From Candidatus Danuiimicrobium aquiferis (GTDB lineage Bacteria; Omnitrophota; Omnitrophia; Omnitrophales; Danuiimicrobiaceae), in NCBI GenBank assembly GCA_001804285.1, contig MHFR01000042.1, positions 14,725 to 78,724 on the forward strand: a stretch of 64,000 nucleotides of DNA, given 5' to 3'. The notes below the pieces were generated by a model, which saw only the letters and a program-made list of their open reading frames with translations, searched no databases and had not been told where the DNA came from. Of this stretch, positions 9,001-15,191 are shown piece after piece (positions within the stretch are counted from its first letter, which is position 1; each line of letters starts with the position of its first letter). The position numbers and the translations under genes were made by a program.

Positions 9001-9112
9001 TTCCGGAGTTTTTCCAGAATTAACACCTGAAATTCTTAATTCGGCTATAGATCTTCTGAATGAGCTTGCTCAGACGGAACTTGTTAGGCAGGCAATTAAT
9101 CGGGCGGCGTAA
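2..9112 (+). CDS. Giant multi-module protein, 5' partial; segmented by R[SA]E[AV]R motifs; contains WD40 and HEXXH modules
   Basis: ORF track gives 86..9112 (3008 aa). Frame +2 is also stop-free from position 2 (VYKNRPDELRKNTQDANRVRWYFEQIAR), so the real start lies upstream of the window. Ends ...RQAINRAA-TAA. Confidence 0.85.
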   Translation, partial: VYKNRPDELRKNTQDANRVRWYFEQIARLIDQADSEFSTMDRDQISQQGILSTHEQFKRHFLALLKRHVQEFQVPISEYELRTFVLKCLKAPDSLDKALRVEFNSLLDELGALNYLKMGELAESFQTLAGRYEELIKAADKKWILSETRDRVQIAQKIAEDFAGFAIDPKDEARKVYGQMRRSSIQRKILNRLSPVLAAHQELLQSGLEEIYLKIDLEEKNRLRNQFHASDVHAAVLAYLPEALRPLFNLVIQTIVKRQPEDIFVHQAGFRLEYFFGQINLNARSADLLKDLNLVAYAAWEIFQALPQVVAGARSEARKISDKASVVRHKNLTYALSLKPEFSRAEARNTPMRLDVTFQGTPYRFEMDSWSVGQNPSQYRFRLSQGVQHRGYLIVDYDQQTIGWEGKEQFPRGTLMDPFLKVAYEALKVDENKRSEVRMKDSSEFRGKTKRSTRNFKLETQPRAQVRNNKDSSKQLPIETDESPRETQEAQARAEARGIEQQLVGTFLQMALFHIQDNASLAVIIEGPAPRTFFEDQDQPEAVVNRAIGLLQSIYDQVRRESPDGSGAPFIVRMMEILGRPTELLPMDLAAAKKYFASSGEVAEIKSEKKFDQFEALMPGWLAKHPPFLSQLISELPPMDEIQRKHGAAQIHTENRYAAGPMKLLEWSVLFAGSPLRPIYYYFDSDPESGDIDSVTEVVFDLAAYLKRGKSGAHTLISSEEIGSLFKQLGRSEGATRWVMTASSPGSWQSRISVTPSAQGMMIKIDDNHLEFDPNTPDDEDGNKLINFLRQYGIEEPFFGLPFPKHDAATTEIAQFLADVFKARDALLRKWRIRASFDQSSGRVTYEAEGETVSTDFGYQVPILSDNGVVTGTTKGPVEAEIKDFLMKLGIDFKPYAQGLTIQMTIGNENYDLDVIHHLPITLVKLAEALEAKSKMPFSGHGRTVPALGVLNQAGAVQLVTGSLDKTVRLWDLSTGKESKKFEGFADEVTDVTVSRDGQKVAAASKDGTVRIWNVQSDSEPIVIDTLSGPLTSIDFSFDGQRILTGSKRGALQLWDVLIGRFVDDLPIKARTIFDAQFSPDGQRMASLSHSMEDGLKLSIWDVPQKKIIRTLDHEAYLQTFAFHPNGKWLVTGDQDYQVCLWDIETGSKLRTYQSAVKPFAVVNIQPRILSLAFSPDGKLVAAGKLDGSIEVWDVETGGSRYLFQNLPFNVPTLTFAPDGQSLIYSGYRHNDTFFAPMPRIIDLRRYPQTFVSHRYGRSVSNDVRHFVSGGQDITRSEVREEEVAVGSQQSTDVIARSGSDEAISDLGIASATPGSRLAMTGKSRAEAREGSAQVQKSTRAQENTETYAPIPGAPVLLRSSRSESRADVDPRVSSERHRGSRQRGDKGSRPSSQMTNGNEYQFALPKYFSFPGFSLHGAMDVVDFQQVFGFGGQFSFGLQMEELDKIFESFRKRIFSRVEKFQQFFSRAIAQDAFCAFVLAGNAFFGLPFLRPKISLVWINSRTAFQEDRKPQHLLSFRLGQLLKNDRQNFMSFLRFHVQNLNTALHFIQQELTARLEISGDMVNGTTNYHQPLITNHGQVRAEARNLAAENGTFSAIPIEAGKSTFDVLPEASKRAEARKSVILSSGRNGNTQIDMLNMGERNPAARVEDLQTEHAPVFSDVHDNTVPDFNRFSDLSGLKSYVERIRFFIKFYFHRLTLFLEPISRYQNRLIRFLFVDDFQNVIIETLSRQISSSMSFFGVIGTGYRFFDLALTQIPLQNPFLDMFRVSESHEYQLPLLKNRQHNKPEMTNNQYNYAAKSTRSEARHAEDSTQEVFNQSAQMSSIPSKLFTSRAEARNLEAENGTFSATPIEAGKSTFDVSTETSKRAEARMLKGFNTEQKAIIEKTAHKLIMLFFSDKSVTEQNALEKDLISRIHPATLRRVIFSKTTLMTISWTLCISVLPFVFHLYKLVAVFGFFGLFALGKILDQTLNEETLGFVSKAYPEIFIGTELPGFKFERGVIHEMLHVLAKMKKIKYDSPFASAFGFLAEHTSSDPGKPQLSPYLRRPVGNLGEGMALVEKNLSPQERWGALIAKSLFSDNSENITKQDPRDFFVSLAHWLEPETRESRVLGELLSGMAYALSQKNWFGLEDAWVYLARMAKGEHPFAVEEDLNNKQKERISHSKFRSEARQESAQEHKRTGTQVEMKADAPVPYAPMLLRSRAEARYSRNNPEQSSIETRKSPRETQEAQARAEVRDDKDSLKRSSIGSARESSIRSEGLVSRAEARTISEQKRFSLTLEHVKPLIERIADTAYFRWLARDKDSRTGKNEGFEKVQWRRLIDISDRAWDLESMRREALGQLEKSNMNPEYLEKIKSETKIEIIILEYFEEVLGSLIGKLESPLKLSLKMFLLKAYPRSGEWTDSLLEEGAIEAARKEYYDIINEILKWLDPTSVLERVNSPEDYRIDVLGRPKDGDIPRMVDFRGKLIAREKKAKHRAPFAFRNERFDTMIQIGPQGLEEEEMRFLQSAFDEKPETDSAPTFYAVFFPPFSYLLIRRSVIKQRVVFDVVPGRWEKAVPNPKKMLPFFIKRVIDYYQLLDNRKPPQILLELATIPMHWNERKVLFEESYFEPGDPDFRSAATTYPVHFENVLRKIRSRSEARHLEDSNDVIPAKAGIQLDPHFRGDDTDSRAEVRSQIEKTKPESPMDLVFETLDPQKIAAQIAASKYIEGELGELSAQVTKTGQGKLDSAKVELGAFSKNLITEINKRSEVRQIADFIFSDEIEQMAKDRVNLSFPHAVSGNLWIPAFAGMTDVLINRARLVVFNSVIGENIAMADEALPALSEISSEAAFLLAHPDILNEAYRIKFGKRTDNATIRADHEWIIGMEFLPQASDPRRMAAEQFLRNLVQAKDRVALTYQKNSPYADMASELSQSIPQLSLVGHRSDLDQKRFERVFGISYPFVIVSDSVPFKTSTWRKNGVRINPYMALRLKLEFSQFIRLTQFAVEAGLLRKQIEEISGVFPELTPEILNSAIDLLNELAQTELVRQAINRAA
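2813..3733 (+). other. WD40 beta-propeller module inside the giant ORF
   Basis: About 7 WD repeats: FSGHGRTV...DKTVRLWD, DGTVRIWN, GALQLWD, LKLSIWD, VCLWD, DGSIEVWD, with FSPDG turns. Confidence 0.9.
3881..3963. repeat. RPE/REP-like palindrome inserted in frame in the giant ORF
   Basis: gtcattgcgag...gaagcaatc...gattgcttc...ctcgcaatgac; nested inverted repeats; translates as VIARSGSDEAISDLGIASATPGSRLAMT. Confidence 0.8.
4113..4373 (-). CDS. RelE/ParE-superfamily type II toxin nested antisense in the giant ORF
   Basis: 86 aa with RelE-like pattern HPSLHVKKIQG..IWEARIDIHYRLSF...LRVVGNHD; 4-bp overlap with the upstream antitoxin gene. Confidence 0.8.
   Translation of the reverse strand: MKIYAYESFQKFYQVLPSAIQKKTDRQIQILAENPRHPSLHVKKIQGTKNIWEARIDIHYRLSFDWMDDSLYLRVVGNHDDVLKKP
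4370..4615 (-). CDS. Antitoxin (DUF2281-like N-terminus, DQAYFWTxEWQ C-terminal motif) nested antisense in the giant ORF
   Basis: 81 aa from ATG at 4615. LSEAEAQEVLRFAIFLKS and DQAYFWTKEWQ resemble antitoxins that pair with RelE-like toxins; translationally coupled to the toxin. Confidence 0.75.
   Translation of the reverse strand: METKKTHKILPIIFKQLSEAEAQEVLRFAIFLKSRSAINPDQAYFWTKEWQAKESVASQNKRAKRILGNGTAKELLKLLHS
4623..4651 (-). promoter_or_regulatory. sigma70-like promoter for nested TA operon 1, probably giving a leaderless mRNA
   Basis: Minus strand TTGAAT-17 bp-TAAGAT, then 7 nt to the ATG at 4615. Confidence 0.65.
4874..5089 (-). CDS. DUF2283-family putative antitoxin nested antisense in the giant ORF
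   Basis: 71 aa MKIEFDKEADALYIRF...GIIMDIGKDGRVFGLEILDAS, the characteristic DUF2283 pattern; GAAAGGG RBS-like sequence upstream. Confidence 0.85.
   Translation of the reverse strand: MKIEFDKEADALYIRFQPGKVGKSIKVRDGIIMDIGKDGRVFGLEILDASRRIPLTHIQHINLSIPVSTRT
5093..5320 (-). CDS. DUF4258-family putative toxin nested antisense in the giant ORF
   Basis: 75 aa YTKHIKKRILQRDLS...LEVVY.......LITAY, typical of DUF4258; 3 bp upstream of the DUF2283 gene, a commonly seen pair. Confidence 0.8.
   Translation of the reverse strand: MTFRYTKHIKKRILQRDLSQRQIEETVTCPDNAKEAHRGRYLARKRFYDNILEVVYKKEADQTVLITAYWLEEKG
5355..5383 (-). promoter_or_regulatory. sigma70-like promoter for nested TA operon 2
   Basis: Minus strand TTGATT-17 bp-TATTAT, about 35 nt upstream of the ATG at 5320, with GGAAG before the ATG. 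Confidence 0.6.
5618..6502 (+). other. Membrane-anchored zincin-like module (HEXXH) inside the giant ORF
   Basis: Begins with Met directly after RAEAR; hydrophobic segment TLMTISWTLCISVLPFVFHLYKLVAVFGFFGLFALG; HEMLH at 6011-6025. Confidence 0.6.
7951..8006. repeat. REP-like element (GTCATTCCCGC family) in frame in the giant ORF
   Basis: tgtcattcccgcgaaggcgggaatccagctggatccccactttcgtggggatgaca; same family as intergenic copies at 11528, 17723, 25220 and 31966. Confidence 0.85.
8325..8383. repeat. REP-like element (GTCATTCCCGC family) in frame in the giant ORF
   Basis: tgtcattcccgcatgctgtaagcgggaatctatggatccccgctttcgcggggatgac; nearly identical to the intergenic copy at 31966-32031. Confidence 0.85.
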
Positions 9113-9133
9113 AACATGGAAATTCATAAAAAA

Positions 9134-9281
9134 CAGTAGGCAGTTGCCAGTCGGCAGTAAGCAATTAGCACTAAGAAAAAAGGGGACACACAGCTCGACC
9201 AATTCGAACAAGCTGTATGTCCCCTTTTTTTACTTTTTGCTATCCTGTATGTGCAGACTGCTGCCTGCCGACTGCTTACTC
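9134..9281. terminator. Nested hairpin after the giant ORF; likely terminator within a short-period palindromic repeat
   Basis: Inner stem aaaaaaggggaca...tgtcccctttttt with T-tract; outer arms cagtcggcagtaagca / ctgcctgccgactgcttact. Confidence 0.6.
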
Positions 9282-9299
9282 TTTTCCCCAACTTACTTA

Positions 9300-9327
9300 T
9301 TGACTAAATTTATCTGCATATTATAAT
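9300..9327 (+). promoter_or_regulatory. sigma70-like promoter
   Basis: TTGACT-16 bp-TATAAT upstream of the ORF at 9437. Confidence 0.55.
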
Positions 9328-9436
9328 CATACCACTTTTTAAAGACTTTTTATTCCACTACAAAGTACCAGTTTTTTAATGTTTCAAAAGCTTAAAAAGT
9401 TCTATTTATAAGCTACTTAAAAAGAGAAGGCTTACT

Positions 9437-11413
9437 TTGTTTTTGTTGTTAAGATTCCTCACCCTAACATTGTTCTTTCTCAATGTTTTTGGCTGCCGCG
9501 AGAAATCGTCACCGTCCGTTTTAGACAGCATTCCTCAGGGGAAAAGTTTACTTTCCATGTCGAATTTTGAAGTGATTGATCATTTCAATGTTGAGAATGG
9601 GAAAAATCAATTCAAACAAACCTGGAAAATTAACATTCCAACCGGTGCGGAAATTAAATTAAGCCGGGATCCCGAGGATGCGATTTATCACGGAGGTTCG
9701 CTTGGCGTAGAATATTCTATTCCCCCGAACCAGACTGCGGGCATATCCACGACGTTTAAAACACTTGATTTAAGCCGGGCCGAAACGGTGTTAATGTTAG
9801 TCCGTTCAGAGGACTTGAAAAATTATAGCGGCCGGCTGCAGCTGGTTCTTCGGGATCAGCGGGATAACAGGCAAGAAATCGATATTAAAAAATATGTCGA
9901 AGAAACCCGCGGCAACTGGGAAAAAATATTGATTCCGAAAAAAGATTTTGGGAAAATCAATTTCGACCAAATCGGAGAAGTTCAAATTGAATGGCGCGCC
10001 GGAAGTAAACCCGTAGCAGGCAAGATGGCAATTGATGAGATTGCGTTTGCTGGGCCGAAGGAATTGATTTTTGAATCAATGCTCGACAATTTAAAAGGGT
10101 TCCCGAAAGAAGCCATAGCCGAATCTCGGCGAAAAGAATTGATCGGGACAAAAGATGAAAAAGAGTTCCTCGGAAAAATCGCGGCAGATACATGGAAGTA
10201 TTTTGAAAATGTGGTGGACAAGAAAACAGCGCTCCCCGAGGATCATATTCGTACGGGAAGAACGCTTGCGATCGGAAATTACACGGGACCGACCAATATC
10301 GCTCTTTATTGGCTTTCGTGTGTCGGTGCTTATGATCTTTCTCTGATCTCTGAAAAAGTGGCGATCGAGAAAATTAAAACATCGCTCGATACGCTTGCCG
10401 GCATGGAGCATCCGGAATACGGTTTTTATTATAATTTTTATGAAACACACACGCTTCGCGCGACGAAGCGTTATTTATCGACCATTGACAATGCGTGGCT
10501 TGCGGCGGCTCTTGTAGTTCTTCGGCAGGCGTTTCCGCAGGAATTCAGTGCCCGGGCGAATGAGATTTTCAGCCGGATGAATTTTTCGAAATTTTATGAT
10601 GAAGCAAACGGCCAGTTAAGAATCGGATTTGATGAAGACTTAGGGGAACTATCGCCGTATCATTACGGCCTTCTCGCTTCTGAAGCGAGGCTTGCAAGTT
10701 ATATCGGAATCGGAAAAGGGGATTTAAAACAGGAACATTGGGCGAGGATTTACCGGACGTTGCCGAAAGAATGGAACTGGCAGAAACAGGTTCCGCAGGG
10801 AAGCCCGAAGGTTTTATTGAACGTTCCTATATTTCAGGGGTTTTATACATACCGCGATAAGAAATTTGTACCAAGCTGGGGCGGATCGCTCTTTGAATAT
10901 TTAGCGCCGACACTCGTTGTGGATGAGCAAACATACGGTCGCGAAAATTTGGGCAGGAACAATGAAATTGTGACAGATCTACATATCTTATATGCCATCC
11001 GGGATAAGAAATATCCTGTTTGGGGCATTGCTCCGTGCGCGATTCAATACGGGAGAAATTGGCAATATAAAGAATATGGGATTCCGGAATTAGCCGCAAA
11101 AGGATATCCGGACGAAGGAGTGGTTGCGCCGTATGCGAGTTTTCTTGCGCTCGCGACACGGCCCAAAAATGCGGTCGAAAATTTCCGGAACCTGCTTGCC
11201 GAATACGATGAAATCTACGGCGAATTCGGTTTTTACGATTCGGTGGTTGTCGCGAGCGGAAAAGTGGATCAGCAATATTTATTAATTGATCAAGCGATGA
11301 ATTTTATTGCGATGGTAAATTACCTGAAACAAGGATCGATCACGAAGCGGTTTCATTCGGATCCGGTCGGTAAAAAAGCGGAGGTTTTATTGAAAGAAGA
11401 AAAATTTTTTTGA
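9437..11413 (+). CDS. Putative lipoprotein with N-terminal CBM-like domain and glycoamylase/DUF3131 (beta-1,2-glucanase or transglycosylase-like) domain
   Basis: Lipobox-like LNVFGC; motifs YTGPTNIA, LSTIDNAW, LLASEARLASY, SWGGSLFEYL, VVAPYASFLAL, GFYDS resemble the glycoamylase-like domain of cyclic beta-1,2-glucan synthases. Confidence 0.75.
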   Translation: MFLLLRFLTLTLFFLNVFGCREKSSPSVLDSIPQGKSLLSMSNFEVIDHFNVENGKNQFKQTWKINIPTGAEIKLSRDPEDAIYHGGSLGVEYSIPPNQTAGISTTFKTLDLSRAETVLMLVRSEDLKNYSGRLQLVLRDQRDNRQEIDIKKYVEETRGNWEKILIPKKDFGKINFDQIGEVQIEWRAGSKPVAGKMAIDEIAFAGPKELIFESMLDNLKGFPKEAIAESRRKELIGTKDEKEFLGKIAADTWKYFENVVDKKTALPEDHIRTGRTLAIGNYTGPTNIALYWLSCVGAYDLSLISEKVAIEKIKTSLDTLAGMEHPEYGFYYNFYETHTLRATKRYLSTIDNAWLAAALVVLRQAFPQEFSARANEIFSRMNFSKFYDEANGQLRIGFDEDLGELSPYHYGLLASEARLASYIGIGKGDLKQEHWARIYRTLPKEWNWQKQVPQGSPKVLLNVPIFQGFYTYRDKKFVPSWGGSLFEYLAPTLVVDEQTYGRENLGRNNEIVTDLHILYAIRDKKYPVWGIAPCAIQYGRNWQYKEYGIPELAAKGYPDEGVVAPYASFLALATRPKNAVENFRNLLAEYDEIYGEFGFYDSVVVASGKVDQQYLLIDQAMNFIAMVNYLKQGSITKRFHSDPVGKKAEVLLKEEKFF

Positions 11414-11475
11414 TTGAAAAAATGCCCCATGAAATAAAGAATATTTTTTGAGAATAAATTCACAAGTAAACCATT

Positions 11476-11639
11476 AGTAATTGTTTAGTGTTTCGAAGGG
11501 ATTATCTATAAATGGTATGTTCATTTCTGTCATTCCCGCGAAAGCGGGAATCCAGACGAATAGCTGGATGCCCGCTAAAAACATGCGGGCATGACAACAA
11601 ATGGAAACTGCCGTTGCTTCAAAACGCTAAATAGATACT
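11476..11639. mobile_element. MITE-like element with a REP core (11528-11596)
   Basis: Imperfect terminal inverted repeats agtaattgtttagtgtttcgaag / cttcaaaacgctaaatagatact enclosing a GTCATTCCCGC...ATGACA REP. Confidence 0.55.
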
Positions 11640-11678
11640 TATTAATCAGTAAAGAAACGATTTGAAAGGAGCCGGAAG

Positions 11679-12290
11679 ATGAAAAAGTGGATGGTGGTGT
11701 TATTAGTTCTTTCGTTGTGCGTGTTTGGAACAAGTTTCGCGTTCGCTCAAAATGAAACAGCTTCAGCAGGCGGAGTAGGGACGGAGCTTGTCATTGCTGA
11801 TTTTGATACCGGTGATAAACCAAACAATATCGGTGGCGATTTCGGAGCGTGGGACAAGGATCCAAACGACACGACTCAAGGTTGCAAGATGAGTTTTGAA
11901 GAAAATGATGCGTTGGGTGATTCGTTGGGCTATGCGGTGCGCTTCGATTATGATGTAGACTCTTCGAATCCGGCCTATAACGGTTTTTGGATGAAATTAA
12001 ACGGGTTGGATGCGTCAGCTTACAACACGATTAATCTTTATTTCAAAGGCGAGGGGGAATTTACGAAGCGGGTGAAAATCGAAGTGAAAGATTCAACGAA
12101 CAAGCCTTCTTCATATATTCTTTCGGGGATTACGGATCAATGGCAGAAATTTTCAATTCCTTTTGAAAAATTTTCCCAGATCCAAGATTGGAAAGGGTTA
12201 AGTGAAGTGGTGGTTGTGTTTGATGATATTAATACAAATCCGAAAACCGGGTCGATTCTTTTGGACCAGGTAACGGTATCTGCAGAATAA
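11679..12290 (+). CDS. Secreted carbohydrate-binding (CBM11/CIA30-like) protein
   Basis: Signal peptide ending AFA; VIADFD, YNGFWMKL, WQKFSIPFEKF, GSILLDQV jelly-roll pattern; GGAG RBS. Confidence 0.7.
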   Translation: MKKWMVVLLVLSLCVFGTSFAFAQNETASAGGVGTELVIADFDTGDKPNNIGGDFGAWDKDPNDTTQGCKMSFEENDALGDSLGYAVRFDYDVDSSNPAYNGFWMKLNGLDASAYNTINLYFKGEGEFTKRVKIEVKDSTNKPSSYILSGITDQWQKFSIPFEKFSQIQDWKGLSEVVVVFDDINTNPKTGSILLDQVTVSAE

Positions 12291-12349
12291 TTTAATTTGG
12301 AGGTAACGATCCTTTTCGGACCGTTGCTGATGAAAAAGGAGGGATTTCC

Positions 12350-13564
12350 GTGATCAAGCAAATGTTAAAAGATAGAATTCTGACTGATAAAGAAAGGAAG
12401 AATTTATCGATTTTGGAAGTCATCCGAAAGAACGGTCCGATTTCTCGAACTGATATTTCCAAAATCACAGAATTAAACATCGTCACTGTTTCCAACTATG
12501 TCAACCATTACATCAAGAAAGGCCTTGTCATTGAAGGCGAGCTTGATGAGTCGACCGGCGGGCGGAAGCCTGTGCTGGTTGAGCTGAATCCGAAGGCCGG
12601 TTATATCGTAGGGGTCGGACTCAATATGCTGAATATGGTGGGCGTTCTTGTCGACCTCGAAATCAATGTGATTACCGAAGTAAAACAGGAACGTATTCCG
12701 GAAAACTCTGAAATGGTGATCAATAAAATGGTTGATATGGCAGCCGAGATCATTGAGAAATCCGGAATTGAGAAAGACAAGCTGGTGGGTGTCGGTGTAG
12801 GCATTCCCGGAATTATCGATGAACGTGGGCGCACGATTCGTTGGCCGCAGAGTCTGGGAGAAAAAGACATTTCCGTATGTCTTTCGATCAAAGATTCATT
12901 TGAAAAGCGGCTCAACATTCCGACGTTTGTCGAAAACGATGCAAATGCCGCTGTGTTGGGCGAAAAATGGCTGGGCCTTGACCGCGATGTCAGGCACATG
13001 ATGTATATGTTTTCCGGTGTTGGTGTGGGCATTATCATCAACGGGGAAATTTATCGCGGGGTATCGGGTGCGGCCGGCGAACTCGGAATTTCAAGCTTTA
13101 AAGCCGATAAGAAGGAAATTTTAGACATGACTTATGGGCTTGGCCGATGGGAGATGGATCTTGGCATGACCCGGGAGGCGCAGGAAAAAGTTGCTGCGGG
13201 TCGGGGATCTATGATGAAAGATTTGGCCGGCGGAAATCCGAAGAATATCGGGTTCAGACATCTTGTGCAGGCGGTGAAAGAGAAAGATCCGCTTGCGATT
13301 GAAATTGTTGAGCAGGGTGGTTATGCGCTCGGGAAGAAAATCGCCTTTATGGTCAATTTCCTGAATCCGGAAATTGTTGTGATTGGCGGCGGAATCGAAG
13401 ACTGTGGTGCAACGCTCCTTGACGGGATCAAAAACGCTGTCAAAGAATGGTCCGTTGAAGAAGCGGCGACGCACGTGAAAATTATTCCGTCTGCGTTTGG
13501 TGAAAATGCCGTTGCATTGGGCGTCGTCGGCCTTGTGGCCCGCGAAGTTTTTGCGCAGGCGTAA
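12350..13564 (+). CDS. ROK-family transcriptional regulator
   Basis: N-terminal HTH (GPISRTDISKITEL, GGRKP) plus ROK motifs GVGIPG, VENDANAAVLGE, AGELG. Confidence 0.9.
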   Translation: MIKQMLKDRILTDKERKNLSILEVIRKNGPISRTDISKITELNIVTVSNYVNHYIKKGLVIEGELDESTGGRKPVLVELNPKAGYIVGVGLNMLNMVGVLVDLEINVITEVKQERIPENSEMVINKMVDMAAEIIEKSGIEKDKLVGVGVGIPGIIDERGRTIRWPQSLGEKDISVCLSIKDSFEKRLNIPTFVENDANAAVLGEKWLGLDRDVRHMMYMFSGVGVGIIINGEIYRGVSGAAGELGISSFKADKKEILDMTYGLGRWEMDLGMTREAQEKVAAGRGSMMKDLAGGNPKNIGFRHLVQAVKEKDPLAIEIVEQGGYALGKKIAFMVNFLNPEIVVIGGGIEDCGATLLDGIKNAVKEWSVEEAATHVKIIPSAFGENAVALGVVGLVAREVFAQA

Positions 13565-13604
13565 AGAAGTTTTAAGCAGCGAGCGCCTTTCGTAAAACAT
13601 TCTG

Positions 13605-13740
13605 GGACTCCTCCCCCTTAATGGGGGAGGAGTCCTAACAAGCTGGCGGATCCGCCAGCCTGTTGGGCGGAGATAAAGGCGGGGGTTAGAATATTAGATT
13701 ACCCCCCATCCCTACCTTCCCCCACAAGGGGGGAAGGGGG
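13605..13740. repeat. Cluster of C/G-rich REP-like hairpins
   Basis: ggactcctccccc-ttaat-gggggaggagtcc; ggcggatccgcc; ccttccccc-acaa-ggggggaagg. Confidence 0.65.
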
Positions 13741-13822
13741 TGCGTGATTCACATTAACAACCCTCAAAACCGTTGTCTTCTTTTTAAATCAATCGTAAAA
13801 AACAAATCATGACAATTCCTAA

Positions 13823-13990
13823 ACTCTGCGATCTTTATACTCGGATTTATTGATTACGGGAGGAAGTGATTATCACGGGGTTGAGACGTTTATTCCTCTC
13901 GGGTGGATGGGAAAAGGAATTTCACTTTCCTATGACGCGGTTAAGAAAATGAAGGATTCATTAAAAAATAGCGAAGAGGAAGTATTGTAA
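13823..13990 (+). pseudogene. Remnant C-terminus of a PHP-domain phosphoesterase
   Basis: The frame ending TAA at 13990 reads ...YSDLLITGGSDYHGVE..., matching the PHP C-terminal motif; a stop at 13820 and no start codon precede the motif. Confidence 0.55.
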
Positions 13991-13992
13991 CT

Positions 13993-14991
13993 ATGAAAGA
14001 ATTAATTTTGGAATTAAAAGAGCGTGTGAAAACCGGCGGCGAAATTTCTTATGAAGAAGCGCTTATGCTTGCGGAAGTGACGGAAGAAGTCAACATAGAT
14101 CAATTGCGGGAAGCGGCGCATGAGCTAACGATTCATTTTCATCAGAATAAGCCAAGCCTTTGTTCGCTCGTGAATGCAAAAAGTTATTTGTGTGGCGAAG
14201 ATTGCCGGTTTTGTGCGCAATCCGTTCATTATCAGACGTTGACGGAGCGCTATGGACTGATTGGAATTGATGAGATTGCGGAAGCCGGGAAAAAAGCCGA
14301 AGCTGCCGGAACGCGGCATTTTTGTATTGTAACGAGCGGCGCAGCTTTGGAAGAGGATGAATTTGAAAAAGTGACCGAAGCTGTGAAACGGCTCAGGGCG
14401 GAAACGGCGCTCGAAATCGATGCGTCGATTGGGCATTTAAGCCTTGAACGCGTGAAACGCCTAAAAGAGGCGGGACTGCGGCGGGTCAATAATAATGTGC
14501 AGTGTTCGCATGCGTTTTATCCGAAAATTGTATCGACCCATTCATACGAAGACCGTTTGGAGACGTTGCGGAATTTGCGCGAGGGCGGCCTTGAAATTTG
14601 TGCTGGCGGAATTTTAGGAATGGGAGAAAGCCGGGAAGACAGAATTCAAATGGCGTTTGAGCTCAAAGCCTTTCAGCCCGAATGTTTTCCCGTGAATATT
14701 TTAAACCCACGCCCGGGGACACCGCTTGAACGGATGCCGCGGTTAGATCTTCAGGAAATCATTAAAACCATCGCGATTTATCGTTTTATTCTTCCGAAAT
14801 CCGTTATTAAACTTGCCGGAGGCCGCGAATTTAACTTGGGAAAATTTCAGGAAAAAGTTCTTCGGGGCGGCGCCAATGGCCTTGTGATCGGCGGCTATCT
14901 GACGACGTGCGGGAACCCCGTTTCGGAAGACATGAAGATGCTTGAACGGGCAGGGTATGTGTTGGGAAATGGCACAGCGAAGGCAGAGTAG
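13993..14991 (+). CDS. bioB: Biotin synthase
   Basis: CGEDCRFCAQS radical SAM motif, CAGGILGMGE, PVNILNPRPGTP, GGYLTT. Confidence 0.95.
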   Translation: MKELILELKERVKTGGEISYEEALMLAEVTEEVNIDQLREAAHELTIHFHQNKPSLCSLVNAKSYLCGEDCRFCAQSVHYQTLTERYGLIGIDEIAEAGKKAEAAGTRHFCIVTSGAALEEDEFEKVTEAVKRLRAETALEIDASIGHLSLERVKRLKEAGLRRVNNNVQCSHAFYPKIVSTHSYEDRLETLRNLREGGLEICAGGILGMGESREDRIQMAFELKAFQPECFPVNILNPRPGTPLERMPRLDLQEIIKTIAIYRFILPKSVIKLAGGREFNLGKFQEKVLRGGANGLVIGGYLTTCGNPVSEDMKMLERAGYVLGNGTAKAE

Positions 14992-15029
14992 GGCATAAGT
15001 AGTTGTGTTTAATAGAAGATAGAAATTTT

Positions 15030-15155
15030 AATGACCAAATCCGCCCTCCAAAAGACATGGCGGGCAGGCAATGACGCAAAGAAATCCCAACAGAATAATT
15101 CCCAATTGGGCCTTGAAATTTTGAAACTTCCTTGGCCATTGCGGATTTGGTCATT
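15030..15155. repeat. AATGACCAA-type palindromic repeat, with an inverted copy at 20608-20694
   Basis: Arms aatgaccaaatccgc / gcggatttggtcatt; the internal aatcccaa..gaataat.cccaattggg..ttgaaattttgaaa matches the reverse complement of about 20638-20681. Confidence 0.7.
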
Positions 15156-15191
15156 GGGATTTTTTTTACTAAAAATTGTGACCTAAAACTT

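Noticed and set aside
13740-13992. BirA operator upstream of bioB
   Set aside because: No convincing TGTAAAC-N-GTTTACA-type palindrome; the region is better explained as a PHP gene remnant.
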